64,000 nt of DNA from Lytechinus pictus (lineage: Eukaryota). The position numbers and the translations under genes are program-made. The notes under the pieces are model-generated. The model saw only the letters and a list, made by a program, of their open reading frames with translations, was not told where the DNA came from and did no database searches. Every line of letters begins with the position of its first letter. The first letter of the stretch is position 1. The stretch spans positions 37,698,001 through 37,762,000 of the forward strand of contig NC_087251.1 of NCBI RefSeq assembly GCF_037042905.1, read 5' to 3'. Below, piece after piece: positions 14,001 to 28,330 of the stretch.

Positions 14001-17000
14001 TGAGTAAAATCATAATGAAGCCCCGCCTCCTTAAAATCCACTAGATTACTTTTTGCCTCTTGTGATGTCACAGGAGGCAGCAATAAGCATAACAAGAAAC
14101 AATGCTAATACCACCTCGCAACCTTATTTTGACAAATATTTTTGACAGATTTTCTTTTTATTTAGTTTTGAATAATCTTTCTTAAACGTAATATTCTTCA
14201 TTTGTTTAGCCTCTTAAAATATTTGTTCAGCTTTTTATATAATTCATTTATGTGACAACTCACAGTGTAATATTATTTTAGGGCCATGAAGTATATTTTG
14301 CAGGTTTTAGAGGTCATTATATACATGAAGTTCTTGTTATTCACTAACTTTGAAGTCATTTGATTTGATATCTTCAAACTTGTCCTTTGTTATATCCAGT
14401 TTCTGAAGAATGGACGGTTGCAGAAAGGAAGCTCTTCAGAGACATGTACAAAACGAAGGGAAAAGACTTCCATGAAATTGCAAAAGGGGTAAGTTTGGTT
14501 CAGAATGAAAAAAAAAATCTGTGCTCAAATATCTATAGGAACACTACTGTTTTTAAACATCTTTTGATACAATATCCACATTGTAAAAAAATCTATATAT
14601 ACATTTATATCCAGCACTTTAGTATTAAAGTTATCAAATATAAGTTATGCACATTGACCATAGTATGATAATAGTAATAATAATAATGATAGGTCAATTT
14701 AAATAGCGCAGCTACTAAATATACTCTACTGCTCATGATACTTGTATCATATTGTTACCCTGGCTGTAGCTGAGCCACTGAAGCATTCTAGGATTAAACC
14801 CAATCAGGGTCCTGTAACACAAAGGTTGGCAGTTAATCGTATGCTTGATATTTACGATTGATTGTGCATTGTAGTAAATGCAATCAATCGCAAAATAATT
14901 CTCTATGATGATTGCTAAGCTTTGTGTTACGGGGCCCCAGGAGCATGCATGTGAACACACAGTCAAATCACCTTTGTTTCAGATCCCTACGAAGACCGTC
15001 CGAGACTGCGTGGAGTACTACTACTGGTGGAAGAAACTCTATCCATACAATCACGACATGCAGAAGTACTGCCATCACAGTGGAGCCAACCCCAATGAAG
15101 AAAGTCGCAAGAATGAATGTGTGAGTATCCTTGGAGTGGTTTCACAAAGCTGTTCGTACGTTGTGCACGACTTTACGCCCAACGCAACTTGGAACCATGT
15201 CGTAAAGCTGTTCGTACGTTATACATGACTTCTGCATGACTGATGAACTGTTCTTGTGCTAAACGATATATCTCAATTTGGCTGACTGACTGACTTAGCA
15301 CCGAAGAACATGTTCCAGTTGTTCATAAAATTGTGCCTAACTTACAGTTTAATGAAACAACACCTCTCTGAACCTTTCTTGTTCTAAATGAGATTCCTCA
15401 AATTTGCCTTATTTCAAGTCAACATAATTGGAGTGCGTTTTTTATACTCCTAACCAAAAGTTTCCATGAAGATGTATGTTAAAGGGATGGTCCGGGCTGA
15501 AAATATTTATATCTAAATAAATAGAGTAAAATTCACAGAGCAAAATGCTGAAAATTTCATCAAAATCGGATAACAAATAACAAAGTTATTGAATTTTAAA
15601 GTTTATCAATATTTTGTGAAAACAGTTATATGCACATAGTCATGAATATTCATTAGGTGGGCTGATGATGTCACATCCCCACTTTCCTTTTGTTATGTTA
15701 TTACATGAAATCATAAATGTTTCATTTTTTCATGCATGTATAATTGATGTGTCTCCATTATGATGAAATAAGTTGCGGCAATAAATAACTAATGCACTTA
15801 ATCATTTGTCAATCCAATTGTTTTAGTTCTTGGCAGAAAAATTTTAAATGAACCTAATTTCATATAAAATACAAAAGAACAAGTGGGGATATGACATCAT
15901 CAGCCCACCTAATGAATATTCATAAAGACATGCTAAGAACTGTTTCACCGGAATAATGCAAATCTTTAAAATTCAATAAGTTTGTTATTTGTGATCCGAT
16001 TTTGATCAAATTTTCAGTATTTTGCTCTGTGAATTTCACTCTATTTATAGAGATATGAATATTTCAAGCCTGGACCATCCCTTTAAAAATGAGAATGTTT
16101 ATTTACAAAAGTAGGATTTCTATTGAAGCTGATGGGACAGAAGTGATCGAGAATCAGATTTAGCACACAGGAAAGGGTTGTCAGTCGTGCACAAAGTTGT
16201 GTATAGATTGGAACAGCTTTTATGAAAACCACTTTGGTAGATAATGTAAGAAATTCCAAACCACAATATTCTAAATTTAAAAAGGTGGTTTGGAAACTAT
16301 GGTTTGAAACCACGCTTTGTGGTCTAAAATCATGCATTAATGAGGCATGATTTAGTGTGTATATTGAGAAGGGGGCCAATATGAATGCACGCTTATGTCA
16401 AATGGTGTTAATTTCACCCGTATTGCTGTGGTTTGAGCAATAATGGATCCTCACAATTCATTTCAATAAACATTGATCTCTCTAATCATAGCAACAATTC
16501 ATTATTGGACCATTTCTCAGTGTATGTGCTAAATTTTCCTGAAAAGCATAATTCATGCATGAAATCTGCATAAATTGTGGTTTCAAACCACATTGTAAAA
16601 ACCACCTGTGAATTTGAAAACAAATGACATATATCATTTTTTTACTATTAAACTCGTTATATTGGGGCTCATTTATACTCGTATCCAGTTTATGAAGCTG
16701 CATTGATCTGATTCTAGTAAAATAGAGTATCAGTTTGTCACCATGAATATCTATATCGTCGCCAGGGTGTTAAAACTATTTTGAGGACAGCTCAGAAAAA
16801 AAACTTGATTTTAGAATTATGACATAAGTTTCAACCTTCTTTCTTCTTTTGCATAGAAAGAGAATTAGGAGACTGTTGTCAAACATTTGCCACCATTGTG
16901 ATATTTGTATAATACAGCCATTTTGTGCAAGATCATTAGATATTATGTTTGTGATTCTATGGAATGACATTGTTGTCATAACATGGAAAACATCATTTGA

Positions 17001-20000
17001 CTTGTAGTGCTTTCATGTTTCGAAGATAGAGAATTGTGATTGTGACTTGACTTTGCTTTATATATTATCCAATCATTTTTGCAACGACCTGAACATATAA
17101 ACAGAATTGTTGAATGAAGTAGATTTTGTTGGAGTTCATGAAATTAAGAGTTAGGATAGCTTTGTGAAATATGGCCCACATTTCTTTGTAATTAAGTGGG
17201 ATGTTCCCAAAAAAAAATTTATGACTATGTATGAAATAAGAATTGAGCATCATATTTGTTTGATTCAGTACAATAAGTCCCAATATCCCTCTTGGGTATT
17301 TCCCATCCATGAGCACTCTATGGAAAAAGTCACTAATTTCTCTGCTTTTGCTGTGAAAATAAAGAGAATTTCCCATATTGCTGTGCTGATATTCATGATG
17401 TGTATAAATACGTTTCTGGCATGCTCCCGGAAAGTAGATTGCATCTGTAAAATAAGTCAGGAAATGTTCCATTGTTCATGGTGGGCTGTATGAATGCAAG
17501 TCTGAATAAAACCAGAGGAACTGAGGTATTTGTTCACCATGACTGTGCCAAGGACCAGTGATAACCTTGTAAATCCAGTCAGTTCCAAGAATTTTTTTGA
17601 CTTATCAGATTGAATATGTGATCTAATATACTGGGTGCAAGCTAGAAATGTAGTTGCATTATTCAAGTTCTCCAGCAAGCCCTTAACATTCCATTCATGA
17701 TGTTTTTACCATAGAAGCTTATCTACAGTCCGACCTCTCTTATCCGGACACGTTGGGACCAGCACCAATCCGGATAAGGGATTTATCCGGATCTGGGAGA
17801 CCCAATATTAAATACACGCAGCTGCTGCCTCAGCTCCCCAACGGCGGTAGCTACACGTTATCTATTGTAGTGGGCGCGCGTACAGACATTATTCACTGCA
17901 GTGTCAGTGCAAATTATAGGCGGTATTTTTACGGAAATGAAATCGATCGATGGCCAAAACTTGGATAATTTACCTGCTATAATGGTTGAGGTATACTTCG
18001 AGGCTACCTCAAAAGAAAGAGAATTACTTGATAAAACAAAGTTTTACAAATAGATCATCGCAGCTTGGCAATGTCAGCCATTGTTATACTGACTGTAGGC
18101 TCAAACGTAAGATGGCGCTGTCCGTATTGAGGCCTAGTGTTAGCTAGCGAGACATGTGTTGTTTTTCTTGGGAAACAAAAAGAGAATGTGATGAAATGTT
18201 TGCACAGCGCCCTGATTTACTGGAAAATTATCCTGCCTAAGTTCTTTTGGTGATTTGGGTGAGATATTTTCATGAAAAATAATGTTGTATGTAGACTATA
18301 TTGGAAAGTATATGTAATCAAAGTGAGTTTGCATATAGGATTGAGTTTAGATTGAAATCTCATTTCCTCACATACTCGATTGAATTGAAAAAAAAAAATT
18401 CTCGGCAAATGTGCTTCCGGATAATAGAGAGATCCGGATAAGGGGAGGCCGGATAAGAGAGGTTGGACTGTATTTATCGTAGTTAGCATCATGGTGGTTG
18501 TTAATCAGACTTTGCATAGGAATTATTATGTTACTGATCATTTATTATATATTGTGCTGTGATTGAATTATCTGAGTTGTATTATGCTTGAAGCTATCAT
18601 AATTATGCAAGTTTTTTTTTTTAAGATAGAGTTTTATATGTTGTCATGATGAATGGATAAGACAATAAGTAGGTTGAACAGTGAATGCAAACTAGAGCAG
18701 TATTCGTTGGTTGAGTCATCTGATTTTGCATGTCTATTTTAAATTACATTTTTTGACAAATGTTCATTATTAGAAGTAGTTGTGCAATAGTCCTTTCGGC
18801 CTTTAATTGTCAACATGAAAAGAGATTTTAAATCTTTAGATTAGATATTTGTCTAATAGATCACAAAGGAAGAATTATGGTGCCTATTATTTTTAGAACC
18901 CAAATGATTTTTTGTTGTTGTGAAACTCACATTTAATATCTGTAGAAATGTATGTATTGCAATCAAATATGTATCAGGTGTGCTGTGCAAATTAACTTTG
19001 AACTGCATATTTAGACCACCGCACACCTTATGATTGGTTTGCAACCCGATTTTGGAATAAAGCCTTGTAACATTTGTGCCAAATCTCTAGATATAGAACA
19101 TCTTACTCTGCAATGTTCTAAAATCATCATAATCTTATATTCAAATCCATGACAATAGACCCTTCTTCCTATTGTCATTTTTTATGTAAAATAGCTTTTG
19201 CAATGTTTTTGTTATTTTTTTAAATATATAATTGATGATATCATTTTTATATTCATTTTTAACTGGTTGTTTCGGGATCATGATGTAAAACAGCTGTGCT
19301 AATCAGGTTTTATCCTATATAAATAAATTCAAATCTTAGTTGAATAAAAGAAAATTAAATATCGAAGCCCAATGACGTCACAGCAATAGTACGAAAGGCT
19401 ACAATTTGTAACAAATTTGAATTTTGCTCAAGAGGAGTCCAGAATAAATGCTTGCAATTATCCCAAAGTGTGATTTTCGAAAAATATTCTATTCATGTGC
19501 AGTGGCCTTTAAAATATGTAGAGTATTCATTAATTCATGCAGAGCTTACTATTCATTAGACTTTGAAGTGCAATCCTACTCTCTTTGTGGTGCCATTTCT
19601 ATTTTCACTTGACTAACCAATGCATTTTCCCTCATGGGGTGACCCTTTCTTCTCCCCACCCCCCCTGTCTTTCCAATCTCTTCTGCGCACAGGACCTATA
19701 TCCCGGTGAGACCTTCTTAGATTACGTGCCTCTCAAAGAGTACCGGCATGATAAGTACTATAGGGGCGGGTCATCTAACCCCAAGAACAATAATAGTGTG
19801 AAACCTTCCTCTACCACTAATCAGGAGGACAAACCTGCCGCCCAGCAAGGATCCTTTGTCTGCAATTATCCACACTGTGATGCGGTGAGTAGCCCCTTTT
19901 CCGATCTCATCGGTAAACCTTGGGAGCATTTGTTATAATATAAACTACCAAATTCTCTGCATCTGATTGGCTCAGAGTAAATTATTCTGTGAAAATCACT

Positions 20001-21653
20001 TTGTTTTCTGAAGTACTTGCTTGGACTCAGGGGGTTTTCCAAAAAAAAACACATTGTGATTTATCCTATCAATCTCAGTGGGAAAATCCATCAATGTCAT
20101 AGTTCTTTTTACAGGAAATATACACAACTTTTCTTTGGAAATGAGTAAACTGATTCGTCAAAACTAAGACAAGAATATTTCTTTTTAAGCACACTCGTGT
20201 CAGCAGATATGAGTTATCCATATGCAGGTTGATATGGTTAATTTCTTTTTGCTTATTTTTTTGGAAGTGGACGATCATAATACCGTTGTGTTGAAAGCTG
20301 CAAAGGTGACAATTGTATTTAAACAATAATTTAATGAAGTGTATTATAGTTAGGAATCAACTCACAAATACTACAGGACTGGTTATCGCTAACTGAAATA
20401 TTCTAAAATCAATTGCATGTTGAGATATTTTTGAGAGATAACATTGGATAGACCTCATTGACTTTGAATATTTGACCAAGTAACAAATGTTTTCTTTCTT
20501 TTGCACCATGGATATTCAACAGTCCTTCAAGTCACGGCAAGCTTTGAATGGACATATACGGGTACACGGGGGCAGCTACAAACCCAATGCAGCTACATCC
20601 AATGCCTCAACCAACAATTCATCGAGAACGACCACCTCCTCATCTGCCTCATCGACGTCGTCCTCGTACCGCGGAGGGGGTGGGGTCGGTCAGAACACGA
20701 AGCAGATGCCCCCCGAGTCGTCATCGGATGAGATGTCAAACGAAGAGGAGGAGGAAGAGAGTGATGAGGGATCATCGAGGGAGCTGAGTGAGAACGAACG
20801 TGACGATGATGACGATGATGGTATGACCAGTGAGGATGATCACCATTCTAGATATCCAGGCAAGATGCACCATAGGTAAGTCAACAGCCTAGGTTACAAA
20901 CGTTTGTACATAGATGAAAGTTTTGAATCATGTCAAAGAAAATCTGCTGGGACTTTGGATATATATGAATATATTGGTAACTTTACTTGACTTAAATGAG
21001 GTAATATTGTATAATATGTTTTGCATAATCTGGTAGTGTTTTTTTTATAGCTGTTCGTAAATTACAAGCTACTTAACGGGTGAGCCTTACTTATGTGAAA
21101 TGATCATATCTCCTGACGGAGCTGACTTAGTGGCTGAGAACTTGTTCCAGTCATGCTTAAAATTGTCCATAACTGTTCGAACAGCTTCATGAAATACCAT
21201 GAATATTGACATGTAGTTAGAATGACATTTTCCTCTCAGAATCATTTGGCCTTTATTTGTTTAATTACAAGTACAATAACCCGGGTAGTAACCTTATTGG
21301 ACCGAGTTCAAAACTATTTTCAGTTTGTTACCACAAGTGACGTTCATAATCAGTGTTATAATTTTCTAATTCTTTACCATGATCCCAGAACTTTTGACAA
21401 GGTAAAGAGCCGGAACGTCCACATGAGAAGCCACCATGCAGCTGATAAGAAGGACCGGATGGGGTACGGTGGAGGCAAGGAACAGCAGATGTTCAACCAC
21501 TACATGGAACATGACAGCAGGAGTTGCTCCAGCAGTGAAGAGGACGAGGAGGAGGAGGACGATGAGGAGGAAGGCATGGACGATGACGGAATGGAAGACG
21601 ATGACGAGATGTTGTCCACAGAGGACGAAGAGGACGATGACATGTCGAACTGA
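2029..21653 (+). CDS. TRERF1: TRERF1/ZNF541/MIDEAS-family zinc-finger ELM2-SANT transcriptional corepressor (HDAC1/2 complex scaffold); 5'-partial, 12 coding exons in window
   Basis: Exons 2029-2772, 3503-4758, 5350-5401, 9650-9696, 11139-11231, 12929-13032, 13921-13999, 14400-14488, 14983-15120, 19693-19884, 20523-20875, 21389-21653 (TGA). All are GT-AG and phase-consistent, giving about 1136 aa. Motifs: ZNF541-like fingers (TGHMLTH..YECAVDNCGKSYCDIRSLRRHFESQH), CTVCKRTFKSMPALNGHMRLH, family motif YTPPPMLSPIRSGSGLYF, ELM2 (PHINVGGDYQAAVP..LVWDP), SANT (EEWTVAERKLF..KDFHEIAKGIPTKTVRDCVEYYYWWKK), and finger CNYPHCDASFKSRQALNGHIRVH. The N-terminal exons lie upstream of the window. Probably co-orthologous to all three vertebrate paralogues, so the symbol is nominal. 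Confidence 0.93.
5614..6472. mobile_element. Tc1/mariner-pogo-type MITE
   Basis: TIRs GGGGAAGGCGGGGTAAGTTG / CAACTTACCCCGCCTTCCCC with TA on both sides; internal copies of CAACTTGCCCC; no coding capacity. Confidence 0.85.
10415..11005. mobile_element. TTAA-inserting MITE (Kolobok-like AG...CT ends)
   Basis: TTAA|AGGACAAGTCCA...TGGACTTGACCT|TTAA, with long imperfect inverted arms (TTTCATCAAAATC..ATAAGAAAGTTATGACATTTT versus its reverse complement). Confidence 0.8.
13528..13895 (+). mobile_element. TTAA-inserting non-autonomous DNA transposon, copy A
   Basis: TTAA at both ends; near-identical in reverse complement to 32378-32785. Confidence 0.8.
14806..14938. mobile_element. Short Harbinger-like MITE (GGG..TAACACAAAG family; related copies near 231, 9862-9998, 23937-24068 and the split copy at 47316/49908)
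   Basis: GGGTCCTGTAACACAAAG ... CTTTGTGTTACGGGGCCCC inverted ends, which recur across the window. Confidence 0.7.
15483..16082. mobile_element. TTAA-inserting MITE (Kolobok-like)
   Basis: TTAA|AGGGATGGTCC...GGACCATCCCT|TTAA with long inverted arms related to the 10415 element. Confidence 0.82.
17726..18470. mobile_element. Tigger/pogo-like MITE
   Basis: TA|CAGTCCGACCTCTCTTATCCGG ... CCGGATAAGAGAGGTTGGACTG|TA, with subterminal CCGGATAA repeats. Confidence 0.85.
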
Positions 21654-23467
21654 AGTCGACGTTGCTCGAGGAAATGACAGGAGTTGGTGGAGATTCGGAC
21701 TGAATGTTAAAAGTGGATTTTGATGAACGTGTGTGAAGAAATTAACTCGATACCAGGAGGTCTTGTGTTGTAGCAGCTGTTAACGTGATGAAACTGGATG
21801 AAAAAAATGAGAATGTTTCCTCATATTTTCATGTGTACTGGGCGTGAAGATTAGGATCTATTGAGATATACTTTGTGAATTGTATTTTTCCTCCCGTTTG
21901 TTTCAGTCTTTGCATCTTGGAACTTGTATTGGTCAGAATCACTCGGCATTAGGAGAGAAGGTAAAGGGATTTCACCGACAAATGAACTCTTATGATATAA
22001 TTTCATGTAGGCATCTTTTATAGAGAGTCTGAATCTATTCAGTACCGTTTTGATCACTACATTTTGCTTTCCCTATGAAAATTGTAAGAAATGTGATTCT
22101 TATTCTTATTGAAGATGGGTGAAATAGATTCTCTAAAGTAGTGAGAATAATAATTGAAAACAAAAATTAATCCTGAATCCTAAGTTTTGTAACTTGATTA
22201 AATTTTAAAATAAATGTCAGTGAAAATACCAAGTGAACCTGATGGAGATGGTATGGGGTATGTAGATTGAGTAATATAATAGACCAAGACTTTGCCAAAC
22301 GAGATTTAAGTGCAATGGAATGTAATAGAAAATTTGTTTACGAAATGATGGATGTTTCCTCCAAAGGAGTTATCAAAATAAATAAATTGAATTGAATTGA
22401 ATTTGAATTGAATTGAATTTCCACACTGGGAGGCTGTGGTATATATAATGGACTATTTGGAGTCTTAATAGCACTGGGGCAGCCTGGCATTTTCTGAATA
22501 TCCAATTATTATGAAAAAAAAGTGAAATATCTTCCATTGTTTCTACAAATTAAAAGTTCCCAATGATAACATGTGTTGGTATTTTGGAATGTCGATAATC
22601 ATAATGAATAATAAAATACTGCAAAAAAAAAAAGATGATTTGAATCAAAAGGACAAAAAATATTTGAGACAGTAATGGAAACAATTTCTATTCAAGTTAA
22701 TTCAAATCAATTTAGCTACCCCAATTTTTCAACCTTTATTTAATTTAATAAATCTATTATTTAAAAAAAAGGTACTTTTTGTACATGAATTCGACAAGTC
22801 CCATGGATCATTTGATAAATAGTGATTTTCATTGACAACTGTTAGCTACAGAAATCCTAGTATCTCAATTGTAAAATATTATTTTTACAAGAACATTCTT
22901 AGAGATTTTCAATGTAATTTTGAATTTTTCTGTCGTCATGTGGATGATTTTCTATAACCATTACAATGTCTTACAGTATTTTGCTACACATATCAGTATT
23001 AAGTCCCTTACAGAGAGATTGCAGGCCTGCCAACGACTCTTTTTTTCCCAGGAGTTAACTGTTTTAAGATTTTTTATCAACCAAAGGAGCAGCACTCTGT
23101 TTTTCCATTTATTTAAGAAAAAAAGAAATCAGCCCATATACATACTGTATTTGTGTAGTTTGGTATGGTTGTGTGTATTGGGCGTAAGAGTAAACTAGTT
23201 TTTCAACACTTGACAATTTCTCAATGTTTAAATATAAAGAATGCTAAACATGTCTTAATTTAAAAAAAGGTGAGGGAGACACACCTGACATCGAGCAGAA
23301 AAATCTGCGCCGTGCGATCAGGACTCCTTTTCTTTCATTTTCAAATGTTGGCAGGCCTGGGATTGTGTTTAAAGAAGATACTCTCATATCTGATGAAAGA
23401 TTAGCCGTTTGACTCTCTTTATTCTGTGAGTAGTAAACTGTATGTATAAAGTAATAGGGTCAACACC

Positions 23468-23826
23468 CACTTTGTTTACTTTCCATTCGGTCTTGTTCCA
23501 TGTGGTCTAATGCTTGTTCATTTACAACCAACTTGTCTACTAACCATTTGGACTAATTGCCGTTTGGCCCATTTACCATTTTGTCAAATCTCCAGTTGGG
23601 CTACACCTGTTCCGTCTTTATGCACTTGGTCTAACAACACTAAGTCTATATGATTAGCTGAGCTGTTAATGAATCAAATTCTCTTATGGCAATTATTTAC
23701 ATTCAGCCCAAGTGATGGTTAGACCAAATGGCAATTAGACCAATTTGATAGTAGACCAAACAGGTTTTAAGCTCATGCGATATCAGACTATCTAAGAAGT
23801 AGACCAAGTACGCGTAGACCTGAGTG
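23468..23826. mobile_element. Degraded EnSpm/CACTA-like non-autonomous element in the putative 3'UTR
   Basis: CACT...AGTG ends; the left half carries TTGGTCT-type subterminal repeats and the right half AGACCAA-type repeats (inverted arrays). Confidence 0.45.
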
Positions 23827-26507
23827 TATTTCACTTAGCTAATAGCATACAAATACACCAATAATATAATTATAAATCAACAGGTCCAGGTACTATGTGA
23901 TAGAATAGGTCCAAGGTCCACAAAAGTGAGATGTCCTGGGCTCTATAACATTAAAGTTTAATGTTTAATCGAAAGGCTGATTACTATGTACAATTGCATC
24001 GATTGTTGTGTATGGTCAATCGTAAAATCAACCTTGCGATCGATCACGTTACTCTATGTTATGGGGCCCTGGTGGTCATGTATATCCAAGCAACCAGCCT
24101 TGGATTTCAATTCGGGATAACCTGCATTTTTTGAAATATCAACTTGTATATCAGTCATAGTAGCTAAAAACATCAAAGTTTTTTTTTTTTTTTTATAACT
24201 AACTGAGAGAAAGTGCCTGTTTGAAACAGAATTATCCATGATTAAGGGTATAATAAATCACTACAAGAAATATTTATTTACAGAGAAGCGTAGCATACTC
24301 TATATTGAGTGAGATATTTTCATTCAATATATAGTGTATGTACACTATCAGTAATTCCACAGGCTCACAACACACCAAATTTAAAGCATATATCTTATAT
24401 CGCCAATTAGGATTTTGCTTGATTTTTCTTCAATTCAAAGTGTCAGATTTCTTTTCACATTTTGAGAGCTTTTTACATGTTATTTTGAGAGCTTTTTACA
24501 TGCTTGGGCTATGGTGAATAGTACCTAGTGCACTGTTTGTGTCTTATTTTGAAACGTAACACCGTGTTGTCACAAAGCATTGACAAATTTTTAAAATCCC
24601 AACGGCATTGTACTTAAAACATTCTTTGCTGACGCTGAAATGAAATTCTAATTTGAGGTATTTTATAGGAATATAGATGATAGACAGACTGAACATTATT
24701 TCACAGAGTTGAGCACCAATGAATGATATTCAAGTGGTGTCACTTCTTTTTATTTGACCGCTATAAGTTCATGGTGCAGTTATCGTGGCAAAAACGCTGT
24801 TATGGGCATGTGCAGAATAGTTAATCCTTGTCCGGCACATGTGAATAACAGTTTTTTTTTTTTAACCAGGTAGACATTTCACAGAAGTAATGTTGCAAAT
24901 CTAACGTTATTTCATTTCAAGCAGGCAAATCTACAAGATGTGGTTTATACATATGAGCAATCTGTAAAAACTATTTTAATATCTTCAAGATTTATTCTGA
25001 TCCACCTACAATAATACAGATGCCCCCCCTCATTTTATTGTGTTATTTATTTTTTTCCGGAGGGGTGGTTATGGTATTGATGAGTTGCACTAAGATTTAG
25101 AGTGTGATAGGAATCGTTGGAGTGCCAGTATTGTGAAGTTTTGTTAATATCACTGAAATTCATTTTGTAATACAGATGATGTATACTCTTTTCCTTTCAA
25201 TTTCTGCTTCTTTCTACATTCTCAATCTCGACGAATTACATATTCTTTTTTCTGTTGACAGAAGAATAGGGATATGGGGGAGAAGAATAGAATATTGGCT
25301 GTTTAAAAGTTTTTTTTTTTTTTCAATCTACAGATCTATCCTCAATTGTTTTGTTTTCCAAATTATTTTCAGGAAGGCAAAGTCAAAGAAGTGATGTAAG
25401 GCATGCTCAGGGAAGATGGATATATATATATGCAGTCTGCAGGAGAGTCAGGAAGGGTTTTGATGATAGTTATGGGAATATCTATATAAATACACAAAAC
25501 ATGTATACATATAACAAGTGGCTTCAGATATTAACATGTCACCAAGATCACATTTTATTTTAAACTCTACAGATGTGTGCACTTTTGCAGTTCAAAATTT
25601 TCTATATATATAAAAAAAAATTGAACTATTGGAAAGTGGCCTATGGACAATTTTACAGCATGAGTGTGTGTTATGTTGACTTACTCTTATTCCTATGTTT
25701 TCATGTAAATTGTAAATAGATAGTTATTAGTATAAGGTGTGGAATCGGATGAACATTGGGAAGTGGAGAGAGATTTTTTTTGGCTGACCAATGTGTAGTA
25801 TTGTGCAATATTTAAATGACCAATTAAGTGTGTGGATTACAATGTTCTTTAAAATCGTGGAGAGGCATGGGGTGGAGCGTGCGGAATGTGATACTGTTCT
25901 TATTCTTTTTTATTTTTACATAAATTTTTGAAATATATGATCTAAGATATCATTTATGGAATGGCTTTTCTTATTTTTCTATTGAAATATGTGTTTGTGG
26001 AGATTACAATTATGCTTTTAGAATCTACTAGATATTTCATGTGCTTTATGCTGTGTCTGTGTTGACTATTAAGTACTAGTATCAAAACAGCACAGCCGTT
26101 GTTGGTATCGAATTAAAGCACAACATGTTTTATCGATGTACAAAGTAATAGAGAGAAAAAAAGAAAGAAAATGCAATCTTGTTTTGTCAAAATTGTCTAC
26201 AGAGTCTACACAGAGAAGAAATTTTAATGCTATGAATGAGTATATTTTATGAAATATTATTGTAAGAAGTGTCTTGAAATATTTTTTCAGAAGTGAACGT
26301 ATAGGACTCCATGTGTATGTCTAAATGTATTTTGATTGATGTAATTCTCACTTGTATGATTATGTTCATTGTCCAAGCATCACTGATAATAAATATATAT
26401 AGGCAGTTTCATAGTTTCTCTTCATTTTATAGCGGCCCTCTCCCAAGGCCTGATGAAATGATAATTAAAAAGAAATAAATAACGTTCTTTATCAAAGTGG
26501 TCTGGGT

Positions 26508-26720
26508 GGGGGTGTCGTGGTCTAGTGGTTTAAACTCTCGTCTTTCAATCAGAGGGTTGTGGGTTCAAATCCCAGCCATGGCGTGTTTTCCTTCAGCAAG
26601 AAATTTACCCACATTGTGCTGTACTCGATCCAGGTTAGGTGAATGGGTACCTGGCAGGGTTAATTCCTTGAATGCACCAAGCAGCTTGAGCTAAAGCTGG
26701 GGTAATATATGGTGCACTAT
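26508..26720 (+). mobile_element. tRNA-derived SINE
   Basis: A-box GTGGTCTAGTGG and B-box GGTTCAAATCCC, followed by a non-tRNA core (GCAAGAAATTTACCCAC..ACTCGATCCAGG..GAATGGGTACC) similar to the 56827 SINE. Confidence 0.75.
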
Positions 26721-28330
26721 TGAATAGGTAATCGGGGCCTCATAAATTCCAAATGTTAAAGGGCAAAACAATGTGGTGTGACATAGAGAGATGTAATGAA
26801 TTTTTACAAATGACAATCTTAACTTTTGTGTGTAGTTTGCCATAGACTTGAGATACATTCACCTGTAACAAGTTATTGTATCTCATTATGTTACATGGTG
26901 TAGGAGTCACATGGATTCCATCTCAAATTAGTTTTCTTCTGTAATTAATCTGTTTTCTTAACAGAGAAGGTGGCAAGGACTTGCTGGATGTAATCTGTTC
27001 CCGTAACCATAGAAACAAACTATATATTTTTTTCAATTACAGAAAACAAAATCATACTGATGTTTGGTAGAACCTTCAAAACCTCCCGTTGCTATTATTT
27101 TATTCCACCTAATTTTTGTGTTTTCTGAGTGGCACCCTTTGTCCCTTCCTTTGTTGTTTTAGCCAAAACATCATTTCAGAAAATAATTTGATTAAAAGTT
27201 TCGTTATTTTGAATTTTCAAATGGCAAGCTATGAGTGTATGGATGGATTTATTTTAAAATTTGCTGAATATTCTTGTAAATGCTATTCATTTCTACATTA
27301 ACAAAGCATATTCAGATTAATAATTGCAGTGCCCTTATTTACTACAATATAAATGAAGCCCTTGTTAATTAATTTGTTTTCATTTTTAATGAATTTATTT
27401 TTTGAATTTAATAAGTGCCAAATTTTCATCCACAAATTTTCTTGCATTTTATAAAGTTGTTGTGAAATGTGTAGTAATTATGAACATTGTTGCAATAGCC
27501 ACCCAATTGTAAATCATCCATACGACTTTTTGTTTCATTTGCAATTAGTTAATTGAATGGAGTAGATATCTGTTTTGTGCTTGCATTCTTAATTCATGTA
27601 GGCATCATTTCATGAATGCCTTGTAATTACATGATGGTCCTTATCCTATTGAATTTGTGTTGATCAGGAAGCATAGTTCATTAAGTGGTAGTGAACTTTG
27701 ACTAGTGATGTCACTTTACCATGCGTATGAGATATCTTTATGCAATCTTAAAAATCATGAAAAAAAAAATGCTTTCACCAAACTAATCTTCAATATGATT
27801 TAATAGCTGATATGGAATTTCAAATTCACCATCGAACAAAACAAATTGATTATGCTTCCCGAGTGTATTAGCATAAATTTAGAGGGGTCATCCCTTGTAG
27901 TGTTGATAACACATGGCAGATTCTTTATTGTATTACTTTTCTTTCAAGAAGAAGATAGTTTAATGAGATGAATCAGATTTTACAATAGGCATTTTTACAA
28001 GACTTCTATTATGTAAATACCATCAACTGCCTTTTTCCATTGATTTCTTGTTACTGTGAATTTTTTTGTTGCCATTTTACCAGGGATGGATTATTTTCTA
28101 CTTTTTACAAAAAGTAAATATTGAGAATCTCATACAAAGATACCCCATTTTGCTACCACTTTCTATGAACTTTTTAAAAGTGAATGTCAATCAAATCGCA
28201 ACAGTGCATATGCAACTGTTTATTTGCTTTTATCATTTCTGTTATATTTGTACCTTGATATATATTTGTGTATTTTAATGAAAGCAAAGCAGTTATGTAT
28301 GAGAAATGTGTATTATCATTTTAAAATTGA

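Noticed and set aside
17065..17493. Overlapping 135-aa and 109-aa ORFs
   Set aside because: Intronic and AT-rich, with no recognisable motifs or splice support.
26508..26580. Possible tRNA gene (also at about 56827 and 31100-31178)
   Set aside because: A/B boxes are present, but there is no clean cloverleaf and each continues into a SINE body.
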